Shown here piece after piece: positions 7,464 to 17,208 of a stretch of DNA of 64,000 nucleotides. The position numbers and the translations under genes are program-made. The stretch is from a virus: the IMG/VR virus record IMGVR_UViG_3300035663_000011, positions 3,364 to 67,363 of that record; one strand, 5' to 3'. How positions within the stretch are numbered: the first letter of the stretch is position 1; every line of letters begins with the position of its first letter. The notes under the pieces are model-generated. The model saw nothing but the letters and a program-made list of their open reading frames with translations. It was not told where the DNA came from and searched no databases.

Positions 7464-10352
7464 ATGATTTCACGTAAGGACTTCCTTGCCTTGGTGCTTC
7501 CATCTTTGGAAGAAGGCGAGTCCTATTGCACTGTTGGCATCAAGGAAGATGGAGAGGACAAGGATGTCCGCCAACGCTTTGTACACAGTATCGAAGGTAT
7601 TTCCGAACACGCTGACGAGTATGTAGTTAGCAAGTACAACGCGTTTTATGGAATGGCAAAGTATGGTCCGGAAGACCGCCGTACCACCAAGAACGCCATT
7701 GCCCTGAAATCGTTCTACATCGACCTCGACTGCGGTACGGGTAAGCCTTTTGCTGATCTGAGTGAAGGACTTCTTGCCCTACGTGCCTTCTGCAAACTGA
7801 CTGGGTTACCCCGCCCCACGATAGTGAAGTCGGGTACGGGCGCTCACCTGTATTGGGTGTGCGAAGAGGCCCTGCCACGGGAGAAGTGGTCTCTGTATGC
7901 CGAGCAGTTGAAGGCGCTGTGCGTTCAGCACAAGTTTGATGTTGACCCAGTGGTGACGGGGGAAGCGGCACGTATCCTGCGTATCCCCGAGACGTACCAC
8001 GTCAAAGACCCTACAAATCCGATTCTGGTAGAAGTGCTTCACGTTGCCCCGCAACTATCATGCGACGACGTTCACAAACTGCTTGAACCGAGTTTCGAGG
8101 TCATGGCTGCTGCCAACAAACAGCAGTACAAGCGCCAACTGGACCCGGTCACCCTAGCGTTGATGGGCAACAAGGAAGCCAAGTTCAAAGACTTGCTGGT
8201 CATGTCTTTGGAAGGGAAAGGCTGCGCCCAGATCGCTCATATCTACAACGAACGCGCTACTCTGAGTTACGACATGTGGCGCGGCGGACTTAGCATTGCC
8301 CAGAAGTGTAGTGACCGGGACAAGGCCATCCACATACTGTCCAAAGGCCATCCGGACTATTCCCCGGAAGCCACGGAAAAGATGGCGAACGGCACGAACG
8401 GCCCATACACCTGTGAGAGATTCCGTCTTCTGAACCCGGTGGGCTGTGAAGGATGCCCCCACAAGATCGTGACCCCCATTGCGCTGGCTGAACGGGTAGT
8501 GGAGGCTCCTGCTGATACGGTCGTGACTGCGGTTGAGGAAGTGACCAAAGAGGTCAAGCAGTACGCGATACCGAAGTTTCCGTTCCCTTTCTTCCGTGGC
8601 AAGAACGGTGGGGTTTACTACAAGACTACCCGCAAGGCCAAGGATGATGACGACGACGATCAGGAGGTTGATGAACTCCTGTACCGATACGATTTCTATG
8701 TAGTGAAGCGCATGGTTGACCCCGACCTGCTTGACACCATTTTGTGTCGGCTACATACCCCGAAAGACGGTGTGCGGGACTTCATCATGCCCAACACCAC
8801 CATCGTATCGAAAGACAAGTTCATGGCAACTATTGCCCCGCAGGGTTTGGTCATACTGGGCAAGAAGCAAGACATGATGATGCAGTACGTAAAGTCTTGG
8901 GTAGACGAACTTATGAAGGAAAAAGCAGAAAAGGCGCACCGCCAGTTTGGATGGACTGAAGACGACTCGTCCATCATCATTGGGGAGCGTGAGATCAAGG
9001 CCACAGAAGTTCTGTACAGCCCTCCGTCCGCGCCGACCTTGCCCAATATCCATTACTTTCAGCCCAAGGGCGACTTCCATGTATGGAAGAACATCATCAA
9101 CCACTACGGCAAGCCCGGTATGGAGAACAGGGCGTTCGCGTTTTTCTTGGGGTTCGGTATCCCGCTGATGCGGTTTACCGCGCTGGACGGATTCCTCGTC
9201 AACCTGATGAGCCGTAACTCAGGTTCCGGAAAAACTACGATCCTGCACGCTATCAACAGTATCTATGGGCGTCCGAAGGAACTGACGCTGGCTCCGAAGG
9301 ATACCTACAACGTCCGCATGAACCGCCTTGGTGTGATGCAGAACCTTGCCGTGACGATGGATGAAATAACCAACATGCCCGCTGAGGACATGTCCAACCA
9401 AGTCTATGACGTGACATCCGGACGCGCCAAACACCGCCTGAAGCAGCACGATAACGTCGAGCGGAACAACAACACCAAGTTTCAGACTGGCGTCATATCG
9501 TCCTCCAATCGCTCCGTCATGGACGTACTGCTCTCCATCAAGGGATTCCCAGATGGTGAATTGAAGCGGGTTCTGGAGGTCACTGTAGAGGCTGAGGAAG
9601 GCGCAGACGCTACATGGTCGCGTGACCACTTTGAAAGACTGATGGAGAACTACGGCCACGCCGCAGAACCGTACTTCCAAGCCGTGATCGCCCAGCTACC
9701 GGCAGTTAAAGACCTACTGAGCAAGACGCGTGACAAGGTAGACCTTGCGGCTAACGTCCGTCCATCTGAGCGGTTCTGGAGTTTGATCGTTGCCCTGTCC
9801 GTTACTGGCGGACTGATCGCAAAGAAGTTGGGGCTTCACGATATACCGGTTCAGCCGGTATTCGATTATGGCGTTCGCTTGATAAAGGAAACGCGTATCA
9901 AGAGCCGTGAATACATGTTTGATGGAGATGAGTTCTTGGGAGTGTTCTTCCAACACCACTTCAACGAAGTGCTGGTCATCAACGCCAAGACAGACAAGCG
10001 CACCGGACTGGAGCAAGGACCGATCAAGGAACCCCGCAATGCGATGACAATGCGGTACGAACCAGACACGAAGATGTTGTACGTATCCGCTACAGCGTAC
10101 CGGACAGAGTGCAACAAGCGGTCAATGAACTTTGAGGAAACCCTGAAACCCTACATCAAGTGCAAGGCGCTTGTGGTCCACCCCGGCGGACTAACGACCA
10201 AACGCAAAAAGATGTTCGTTGGAACCACTGCCAGCAACACGGCGGCTACTACCTGCCTGTGGTTCGACACGACCAAGTTGGACTTCTTCAACGAAGACGT
10301 ACTGATCAACGCAGTCCCCGATGAAGATTTACAACCTCCCAGTTCTGGTTGA
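7464..10352 (+). CDS. Primase-helicase (AEP/RepB-like primase, Cys cluster, DUF927-like P-loop domain)
   Basis: YIDLD, SGTGAHLYW, RILRIP primase motifs; C..CEGCPH; GSGKTT Walker A and MDE Walker B. Confidence 0.85.
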   Translation: MISRKDFLALVLPSLEEGESYCTVGIKEDGEDKDVRQRFVHSIEGISEHADEYVVSKYNAFYGMAKYGPEDRRTTKNAIALKSFYIDLDCGTGKPFADLSEGLLALRAFCKLTGLPRPTIVKSGTGAHLYWVCEEALPREKWSLYAEQLKALCVQHKFDVDPVVTGEAARILRIPETYHVKDPTNPILVEVLHVAPQLSCDDVHKLLEPSFEVMAAANKQQYKRQLDPVTLALMGNKEAKFKDLLVMSLEGKGCAQIAHIYNERATLSYDMWRGGLSIAQKCSDRDKAIHILSKGHPDYSPEATEKMANGTNGPYTCERFRLLNPVGCEGCPHKIVTPIALAERVVEAPADTVVTAVEEVTKEVKQYAIPKFPFPFFRGKNGGVYYKTTRKAKDDDDDDQEVDELLYRYDFYVVKRMVDPDLLDTILCRLHTPKDGVRDFIMPNTTIVSKDKFMATIAPQGLVILGKKQDMMMQYVKSWVDELMKEKAEKAHRQFGWTEDDSSIIIGEREIKATEVLYSPPSAPTLPNIHYFQPKGDFHVWKNIINHYGKPGMENRAFAFFLGFGIPLMRFTALDGFLVNLMSRNSGSGKTTILHAINSIYGRPKELTLAPKDTYNVRMNRLGVMQNLAVTMDEITNMPAEDMSNQVYDVTSGRAKHRLKQHDNVERNNNTKFQTGVISSSNRSVMDVLLSIKGFPDGELKRVLEVTVEAEEGADATWSRDHFERLMENYGHAAEPYFQAVIAQLPAVKDLLSKTRDKVDLAANVRPSERFWSLIVALSVTGGLIAKKLGLHDIPVQPVFDYGVRLIKETRIKSREYMFDGDEFLGVFFQHHFNEVLVINAKTDKRTGLEQGPIKEPRNAMTMRYEPDTKMLYVSATAYRTECNKRSMNFEETLKPYIKCKALVVHPGGLTTKRKKMFVGTTASNTAATTCLWFDTTKLDFFNEDVLINAVPDEDLQPPSSG

Positions 10353-10533
10353 ATGGAACAAGTTCCAGCCGGGTAGTTCGTTCTTTATTCCATGCCTTGA
10401 CCGTAAAGACATGGAGAAACAAGTTAAGGCTGAGGCCGAACGGCTGAAAGTTGAAGTTCTGTGTAAACATGTTGTAGAAAACAACATGTATGGATTGAGA
10501 GTGTGGCGCGTGTACAATACCCCCGCACTCTAG
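10321..10533 (+). CDS. Small hypothetical protein
   Basis: 70 aa, GSSFFIPC...GLRVWRV motif; last gene before terminator. Confidence 0.65.
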   Translation: MKIYNLPVLVEWNKFQPGSSFFIPCLDRKDMEKQVKAEAERLKVEVLCKHVVENNMYGLRVWRVYNTPAL

Positions 10534-10552
10534 TTCTCCGTAAGAGAGCCTT

Positions 10553-10578
10553 GCCCCCGGTAACACGGGGGCTTTTTT
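10553..10578 (+). terminator. Rho-independent terminator at the convergence of replication and late arms
   Basis: gcccccg-gtaaca-cgggggc followed by T6. Confidence 0.85.
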
Positions 10579-13500
10579 ATTCCTCCAAGCCTAGTTCGTC
10601 GTAGATTCTGCGGGACAGTTTCTGGTCTACAGTAATGCCGTACACGGACTGCGCAATGCTCTTCTGCCGTCGCTGGACTGCCCCGATCAAAGTTTCGGCG
10701 GTAATAGCCCGCTCGGGGAACGTAGCACTGAACGCTTGTGCTTCCTCAACTGCCGACTGAAACCCTTCATAGTCGCCGCTGAGTCGGGCTACAGCCGCAC
10801 GAGCGATGATGGAGTTACGTCGCTCCAGTATCTCGCGCTGCATACGGGTAGTGGCTCCCGCAATGTCTCCAGCCTCAGCAACATCACTCGGACGGAAGCC
10901 AAATATCTGCATGAAGACGTTGTAGGCATCCACATCGTCAACCAACGGCTTACCGGAGGCAGTTACCGCGCCTTCTTCTGCGTACCGCATACCCTTGAGA
11001 ATGTTGCCGACTACCTTCGGGCTGAGTTGTTCAAACCCACGCTGGTACTCCCCCGCGCTGAAACTGTCGAGAACGCCGTTTGGCTTGAACCAGCCATTAG
11101 CGTATGAGTACGCAGGGCCAAGCAACTGCTCCATCGTGTAGGTAACAGGACCAACTTCAGCCATGCGCTTCGGGTCTTCGCGCCAAAGCATACCCGTCCA
11201 CCCCGTACGGCTGGCGAAGTCCACGCCAAGCAGGTAGTTGGCTGGACCCTTGTAGTTGAACAACCCAACCGCATCCCGCAATTCAAAGTCCGGGTTGTAC
11301 GGCTCATCATCATCGCCCAACGCCCCGTTCAGCACCGAAGCCAGAAGGCTTGCGGCACCGATAACCGGCATACCCTGAACACCGGCAAATAGGTAAGCGG
11401 TACCGAAGTAAGCCAGTATCTCCCTGCGTGCAGCCTTGCGAACCTCTGGAGACTCGCCCTTTGTGGCCTCTCGGTAGGCGTTCAACAACAGGTTGATACG
11501 GATCAGGGCGAACTTCTTGAAGGTCAGTGCAGTACGGGCGAACCCGTTACCCATGATGGGTGGGGAGGCTTTCGGAAAAGACGATCCATATACGTCGTAC
11601 ACAGCACGCTGGGCAGCATCAAAGGCGTTCTGGTCAAACGCACCTTCGGGAGTATTTTTGCTCAGTTGATACGCAGCCATGAACGCGACGTTTCTATTGA
11701 ACATGTCTGACTTGGCAAAAGCCCAACTGCTTACACGTTCAGCACCGGCTTTGATTCGCTCATACTTTGACCCCATGTTCTTGAATTCAGCTATGTCCCG
11801 AAGCTGCTGCTCACGGAGTACACCAGAATCAAGCCCACGTTGCAGTAGTTCCTGCGTTTCCTTGGACTTGTTTTTGCTGAAGTACGTCGTTGTCGCTTTC
11901 TGTATAGCGTTGAACGCCTTACCCCAACCATGCTTACCGGCCAAACGGCTATACGTAATGGTTGGGATATCGACGAGGTTGATGATTGCCGTGGATACGT
12001 TGGCTCCAAGGTACATCTGGAAGCTGAAGTAGCTCAACTTCGCTGCAACGCTATTCAGCTTTGGGTCACGGATAAACGCCATCTGCTTTTCAGTGGCATC
12101 CAGCAAATCATCCGCAACGTTCGTATCCAATGCTCCGTCACTTCTGGCGTTTTCCAAATCTTCTTTGATCTTTTCCTGTGCCGCACGGAACTTGGGGGTA
12201 TACGTCAAATTGGTCAAACGCCTAGCGTAACTACTACCGACATTTGCATACGCGTCGAGCATGTCCTTGGAGTACCCTTCAGCCCCCTTTCTCTGTCGGG
12301 CAAACTGAAGCGTGGACTGCGCCGGAATAAGGTCCAAATAGGTATTGACGATAGACGTAATAACTTCCGGGTCTACCTTTTGCTCAGTCAACGTACCTAC
12401 GATCTTGCCGAAGAACCCGCTTGGCGGGATGGCCTCGGCTTCCTTGGTACCTACACGGCTAGGTATGATGTCCGTAGCGCCATTACGACGGGCTTCTGCT
12501 TCGGCCCTGTTGCGCTGTCCGAGTGTTTCAAACTGAAGCGATACGGTATCGCCATTGGCATCCACATACTTCAGCTTGAAGTCGCCCTTGCGGAAGAGCG
12601 GGAAGTACACAGGCAGGCGCTTCTCATTAAACTGGCTGATCAGTTTCTGCCATTCGGTCGGGGCAAGGTACTGCTTCAGTACGTTCTCGATACCAAGCGA
12701 ATAGTCAAGGTAAGCCAGACGAAGCCCCTTGTACACCTCTTCCAGTTTCGGGTCTTTCCGTACCAGCGACTGGTACTGCTGGTACAACGGATGCGCCTTA
12801 TCGGCAACCCAGTTGATACGCCGCGCATCATCTTTGAGGTCTAGAACCTCAACACCAAACTTCTCAACTACCTTTCCGTCCTTGGTAGTGCGCTTTATCT
12901 TGGTTGTGGTGGTAGCCATGAACGTATCGAAAATACGATCACGTTCGGCGGGACTGTACTTGGAAAGAATCTTCTCCCACTTCTGGTAGTTTTCCATGAT
13001 GAGGTCCTCCTGTTTACGGAGGAACGCACCTTCGGAGTTGAGTTCATTCCAAAGCTGTCCAAAGCCCTTGGTGTGCTTGCCGTACATCCGGTCAAAGTCG
13101 TGGGCAGTCAGCGTGCTGTACAAAGCCCGACGCATCGCAGGGGTGGCGTTAGACGCAGCATCCGCAGCCGCTTGGAAAGTCCCACTGGTCGGCTTCGGCA
13201 ACTTCGACGGAATGCTTGCAATACTGCTGAGGAAGGCCCGGTCATTCTTCTGCTGCTCGGCGGGGGACATGGAATACCGCGCAGCCGCGTCAAACGGGTC
13301 AATCGGTTTTTGGGAAGGACTGTTCTGGTGAATGGAAAGTGGATGTGGAAGCGGTTCCGTAAGCCAAGCATCTGCGGACCCCGGACCCATGTCGTCAAGG
13401 AACTTTTTGACTGTTTTGGCTGGGGCAAATCTGTTACCAGTGATCGCAGCAACAAGCTCACGAAGTTTTCTAGCCACATCAGCAAAGAACTTTTCGACAA

Positions 13501-16500
13501 TACCGACAGGCTTTTCGCTGGTCGTCACCCACTTGGAAGTATTGTCAGCAAACCATTCAGTGAACGACCGCCAGTACGAGTCGTTGAGTCTGGTATCCGC
13601 AGTTATCCCAGAAGCGTGCGCTTCAGCAGTTTCACGGTTACGTAACGCACGAACAAGATCAGCCCCCTGCTTACCCTTGGTATCTTTCAACCACCGGTCA
13701 TACTCGGCACGGATGGCGTTTTTTACTTCCGGAGAAGCCTTGTTGTACGCAACACGTTCAACCAAGTGCCCAAGCTCATGCCCAATTGTTTCCAGTGCCC
13801 GAGCTTCAGTCATTCCGGGCTTGAACGAAATATAAAAATCTTTGAGGGTTTCGCCATATTGGCGCATGGACCCTTCTTCGCCGGGGTCTGTTCCAGCAGA
13901 CATGGCAGACGCGTAATGCCCGTACAGCTTGTATTTGTCCTGCCGGTTACGCACGTCTTCTGGATGCAGCAAGAACACACGAACGTCCCCAAGCCCCATA
14001 GACCCCATGAGGTTGGACAGGAACTTACCGTAGTTCGGATTTACGCTATCCGACGTTACTACGTTAGACGTAGCCCCAGTAAATGGCCCATCAGGATTCT
14101 GTGCAAGCCGCGCAGAGTCTTGGGCAACGATACGCTTCTTGGCTTCGACAAGTTTTTGCTTTTGCTCTGGAGAAAATAACGTTCCAGTGAAGGACCCGAT
14201 ATCAACACTAGTACGATTCCCAGTTTTGCGGTCAATACCGGCAAACACAGGTTGCCCGGTGAATACACTGTATCCCCGCACGAGCGCCGTATCTGGATCG
14301 GAGTACACAACTTCGCCAGCAACATCACGCTCATGCTGAGTAGCCCATTCTGGATGCGGTGACGGAGCCTCTTGTTTTGATATTGATGCAGAATCAGGAT
14401 CAAATGTACCTACGTTACCTACCGCAGATTTAATTTGTTTATTGTCAAATACAACATATTCATCGAATCCTTTTGGAGAATCCTTCAGGATTATTCCGTC
14501 GAAATAATTTGTGTTTCTTGCGGCATCAATGAGGTCTTTGCCCCAGACTGTTTCGCCGCCGCCAACCGGAAAGAAAAGCGCATCCTTTAATGTAGCTTCT
14601 CCATTCTTAAGGTCATTCAGCAAATCTTGTGCGTAGACCCCTGCCGATACGTTCCCGAATTTCCCATAATAAAATGGACTGTACTTTAATCTGGATTCAA
14701 TAAGTGATGCTAACCATCCTTGCCAGTCTTTGTTGCCAACAAAAAAATCGTCATCAAATGGCCTTTCAATTTTTAAATAGGCTGGAACCACGTTCCCTTG
14801 GGTCTTTGGCTTCTCCCCAACTTTTGCCCCCCTAAGCCCAGCCGCAAAGCGACTCGCCGCTTTAGGATCGCTCGTGAAGTAAATGCCATCCCCCAAAGAC
14901 CCGTGTTTTGATTTGTATAAAGTATCCCCTTCAAATTCTCCGGGCATTCCGTGATAAACGGTGAGTGGTTCTCCACTGCTATTAACCGTCTTACTCCCCC
15001 CAAACCAATTTTTAAATTCTGGGGTATCAATTTGCGGATTACGCACGCTAGGCGCACGCTGAAACGTCACCTTCCGGTAGTCAATACCTACATTTCTCTC
15101 GCGCTTCGGCTTCGCAGTGCCCTCCATCATGGAAGTGACACGCGCAAAGTTCGGTACGGGCTTCTTCAGTTCTTCCGTAACAGCGAGATAGGTCTTTTCG
15201 TTGATCTCGTCTGCGTCAAACGCATCAATCGCCCGAGTACGCATTTCAGCAGTACGCTGCTCAGCCGCACGGCGGATCAAATCCATCCGATCTACGGGAG
15301 GTGTCGGGGCAGCAGGAGCCGTGGCAGGCGGAGCAGTTTCTCCTAGTGCAGGGACGTTTGCTGCTTCTCCCGCATCAATTCGCTCAGTAGGTGCGCCAAC
15401 ACCGCCCATTCCCCCGTCTCCAGTTGCCGTAAGGTCGGGTCCTGCGGCACCTTGTGGTGGTACAGACACGCTAGGGCTTCTTCGACTGCGAGGAGGTTTA
15501 GTTTCTGAACCAGTTCGTACATTTTCGACTCCTGCGGGAGTTAGCTCCCATTCATTTGCCTTCTTGTTGAAAGCAATCGCGCCTTCCTTCTTGAGGTCGC
15601 CAAGGGTCTTTTGCAACTCCATTGGACGCAGTTGGGTCGCAAACTGCAAGTTCGGAATGTTCTTCTTGTCTTCGGTAATAGCCATAGCCCGCAACACACG
15701 GTCACGGGGTACCAAGCGTTCCATCGGGATACCGGGCAGATTGAACCCTGTTTGTTCAGGAGCAACCTCTGTCTCGGGTTGCTCAAACACCGCCTGATTG
15801 GGTTTGACTTCACCCCTACGGTTAAGCCGAACTCCAAGGTCTTTGGCTTCTTCCCGATACGCACGAGACCTAGGACGAACTTCCTCACCAGTTTCTAACT
15901 GACGCTGTTCAATTGCCTTTGCAAGAGCTTCTTCCCCACTCACAAACATTTGCGGGCGAGGCTCAGTTGCTGGAGGCAGCATCCCTTCAGTTCCAGCTTC
16001 CCCACCTTCCAACGGAAGCCCCATTTGGGTCATTGGTAGGCTGCGCAAATACTGCATGTCATCTTTGGCAGCGGCGGCGGCATCTTGCTCGCGCTCGTAT
16101 CTTTGCAGTGCCTCGTCAGCCCCCAACAAAAATTGCTTCCCGCGTTGTTCCTGCATACGGTTAGCAATGGCTTCTGCTTCGCCAAGTCCGAGTGCGCGGA
16201 ATTGTGAATTCAGCCTAGCCCCTTCTTCCGCCTCAGCCTCTGTCATCGGAACAACATTGCCCTGAGAATCGACTTTGTACCCGGCAGTACGGGGGGCCGG
16301 AAGGGCTTTGATTTCTTCTTCGGTTGGCGCAGCAGGTTCTTCAGCAGGTGGCTCTTCCGCGCCACGCCCACGCAGGCGGCGACCCAAAGCAAGGTCTGCA
16401 ATCGCACTGACGATGGCACCAGCACCACCACCTAACGCAGCGGCTTCGCCTACTCCACCAAACACAGCCTCATCAGGTGCGTATACACCCTTGGCAATGA

Positions 16501-17206
16501 GGTTCTGGAGAACTTGGCTACTGGCTTCCATCAAGCCTTCTTCACCACCCGCCTGAGCCGCACGACGCAAAGCAGGAACAAATCCAGCAACTTCCTTGAC
16601 AGCCTCATCGCCAAAGCCAAGCCGACGCAAAATCCGTATGGGCGCGTATGCTTCAAGCGCACCGGGAGCCGTACCGAGAGCCGTAGCCAGACCACGTTCT
16701 TCTTCGGTAGCGCCTTCTTGCTCCGCACGCTGACGGGCTTCACCCGCTCCCGCTCCAATACCCAGACCAACGGCAGCAGCCCGTCCAGCCGCGCCCAGTG
16801 CGCCTAGTGGGAGGAACGGAACCGTAGAACCTACAGCCTCACTAAGTTTACGTGCGGCAGTATCTTCATAGCCCGGAGCCGGGGCAAACGCCTCACGGAT
16901 AGGTTCAACAACGCCAGATACCCTACGCCGTACAGCCTGCTCGGCTTCTTCCGGAAGGAGTGCAGCAGCGCCAGTAATAGCCGTCTCGACCATACCAGCA
17001 GCGCCGGGAATTAACCCCTTGAAGGCTTCCTTGGCGTACCCGCCGATAGTGCGCTCGGGTTCAGCAGCAGGTATGGGGGCTACAGGCTCTTCTTCCTCCC
17101 CACCGGAGACCAAACCCCGCCGACGCGCTTCTTGAAGCAACGCACGTTTATCAGGCGGAAGAATTCCACGCCGCTCTGCTTCCAACAGAAGCTCAAGTTT
17201 GGACAT
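10577..17206 (-). CDS. Large polyvalent internal virion/ejection protein (ART-PolyVal-like ADP-ribosyltransferase, HExxH metallopeptidase, PLxRFG-like domain)
   Basis: 2209 aa; FKNWFG..VYHG..GIYFTSD..EYVVF..QIKS (ART); ETIGHELGH..EWFAD; YFPLFRKG; last gene of the structural arm. Confidence 0.8.
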   Translation of the reverse strand: MSKLELLLEAERRGILPPDKRALLQEARRRGLVSGGEEEEPVAPIPAAEPERTIGGYAKEAFKGLIPGAAGMVETAITGAAALLPEEAEQAVRRRVSGVVEPIREAFAPAPGYEDTAARKLSEAVGSTVPFLPLGALGAAGRAAAVGLGIGAGAGEARQRAEQEGATEEERGLATALGTAPGALEAYAPIRILRRLGFGDEAVKEVAGFVPALRRAAQAGGEEGLMEASSQVLQNLIAKGVYAPDEAVFGGVGEAAALGGGAGAIVSAIADLALGRRLRGRGAEEPPAEEPAAPTEEEIKALPAPRTAGYKVDSQGNVVPMTEAEAEEGARLNSQFRALGLGEAEAIANRMQEQRGKQFLLGADEALQRYEREQDAAAAAKDDMQYLRSLPMTQMGLPLEGGEAGTEGMLPPATEPRPQMFVSGEEALAKAIEQRQLETGEEVRPRSRAYREEAKDLGVRLNRRGEVKPNQAVFEQPETEVAPEQTGFNLPGIPMERLVPRDRVLRAMAITEDKKNIPNLQFATQLRPMELQKTLGDLKKEGAIAFNKKANEWELTPAGVENVRTGSETKPPRSRRSPSVSVPPQGAAGPDLTATGDGGMGGVGAPTERIDAGEAANVPALGETAPPATAPAAPTPPVDRMDLIRRAAEQRTAEMRTRAIDAFDADEINEKTYLAVTEELKKPVPNFARVTSMMEGTAKPKRERNVGIDYRKVTFQRAPSVRNPQIDTPEFKNWFGGSKTVNSSGEPLTVYHGMPGEFEGDTLYKSKHGSLGDGIYFTSDPKAASRFAAGLRGAKVGEKPKTQGNVVPAYLKIERPFDDDFFVGNKDWQGWLASLIESRLKYSPFYYGKFGNVSAGVYAQDLLNDLKNGEATLKDALFFPVGGGETVWGKDLIDAARNTNYFDGIILKDSPKGFDEYVVFDNKQIKSAVGNVGTFDPDSASISKQEAPSPHPEWATQHERDVAGEVVYSDPDTALVRGYSVFTGQPVFAGIDRKTGNRTSVDIGSFTGTLFSPEQKQKLVEAKKRIVAQDSARLAQNPDGPFTGATSNVVTSDSVNPNYGKFLSNLMGSMGLGDVRVFLLHPEDVRNRQDKYKLYGHYASAMSAGTDPGEEGSMRQYGETLKDFYISFKPGMTEARALETIGHELGHLVERVAYNKASPEVKNAIRAEYDRWLKDTKGKQGADLVRALRNRETAEAHASGITADTRLNDSYWRSFTEWFADNTSKWVTTSEKPVGIVEKFFADVARKLRELVAAITGNRFAPAKTVKKFLDDMGPGSADAWLTEPLPHPLSIHQNSPSQKPIDPFDAAARYSMSPAEQQKNDRAFLSSIASIPSKLPKPTSGTFQAAADAASNATPAMRRALYSTLTAHDFDRMYGKHTKGFGQLWNELNSEGAFLRKQEDLIMENYQKWEKILSKYSPAERDRIFDTFMATTTTKIKRTTKDGKVVEKFGVEVLDLKDDARRINWVADKAHPLYQQYQSLVRKDPKLEEVYKGLRLAYLDYSLGIENVLKQYLAPTEWQKLISQFNEKRLPVYFPLFRKGDFKLKYVDANGDTVSLQFETLGQRNRAEAEARRNGATDIIPSRVGTKEAEAIPPSGFFGKIVGTLTEQKVDPEVITSIVNTYLDLIPAQSTLQFARQRKGAEGYSKDMLDAYANVGSSYARRLTNLTYTPKFRAAQEKIKEDLENARSDGALDTNVADDLLDATEKQMAFIRDPKLNSVAAKLSYFSFQMYLGANVSTAIINLVDIPTITYSRLAGKHGWGKAFNAIQKATTTYFSKNKSKETQELLQRGLDSGVLREQQLRDIAEFKNMGSKYERIKAGAERVSSWAFAKSDMFNRNVAFMAAYQLSKNTPEGAFDQNAFDAAQRAVYDVYGSSFPKASPPIMGNGFARTALTFKKFALIRINLLLNAYREATKGESPEVRKAARREILAYFGTAYLFAGVQGMPVIGAASLLASVLNGALGDDDEPYNPDFELRDAVGLFNYKGPANYLLGVDFASRTGWTGMLWREDPKRMAEVGPVTYTMEQLLGPAYSYANGWFKPNGVLDSFSAGEYQRGFEQLSPKVVGNILKGMRYAEEGAVTASGKPLVDDVDAYNVFMQIFGFRPSDVAEAGDIAGATTRMQREILERRNSIIARAAVARLSGDYEGFQSAVEEAQAFSATFPERAITAETLIGAVQRRQKSIAQSVYGITVDQKLSRRIYDELGLEE

Positions 17207-17208
17207 AG

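Noticed and set aside
10463-10477. tgtaaacatgttgta as a twelfth copy of the early palindrome
   Set aside because: No spacer and a mismatched right arm; inside a CDS far from the others
15539-15705. Z-alpha (Z-DNA binding) identity for the wHTH segment
   Set aside because: Fold pattern and terminal Trp fit, but the Asn/Tyr recognition residues are missing; kept only as a generic wHTH
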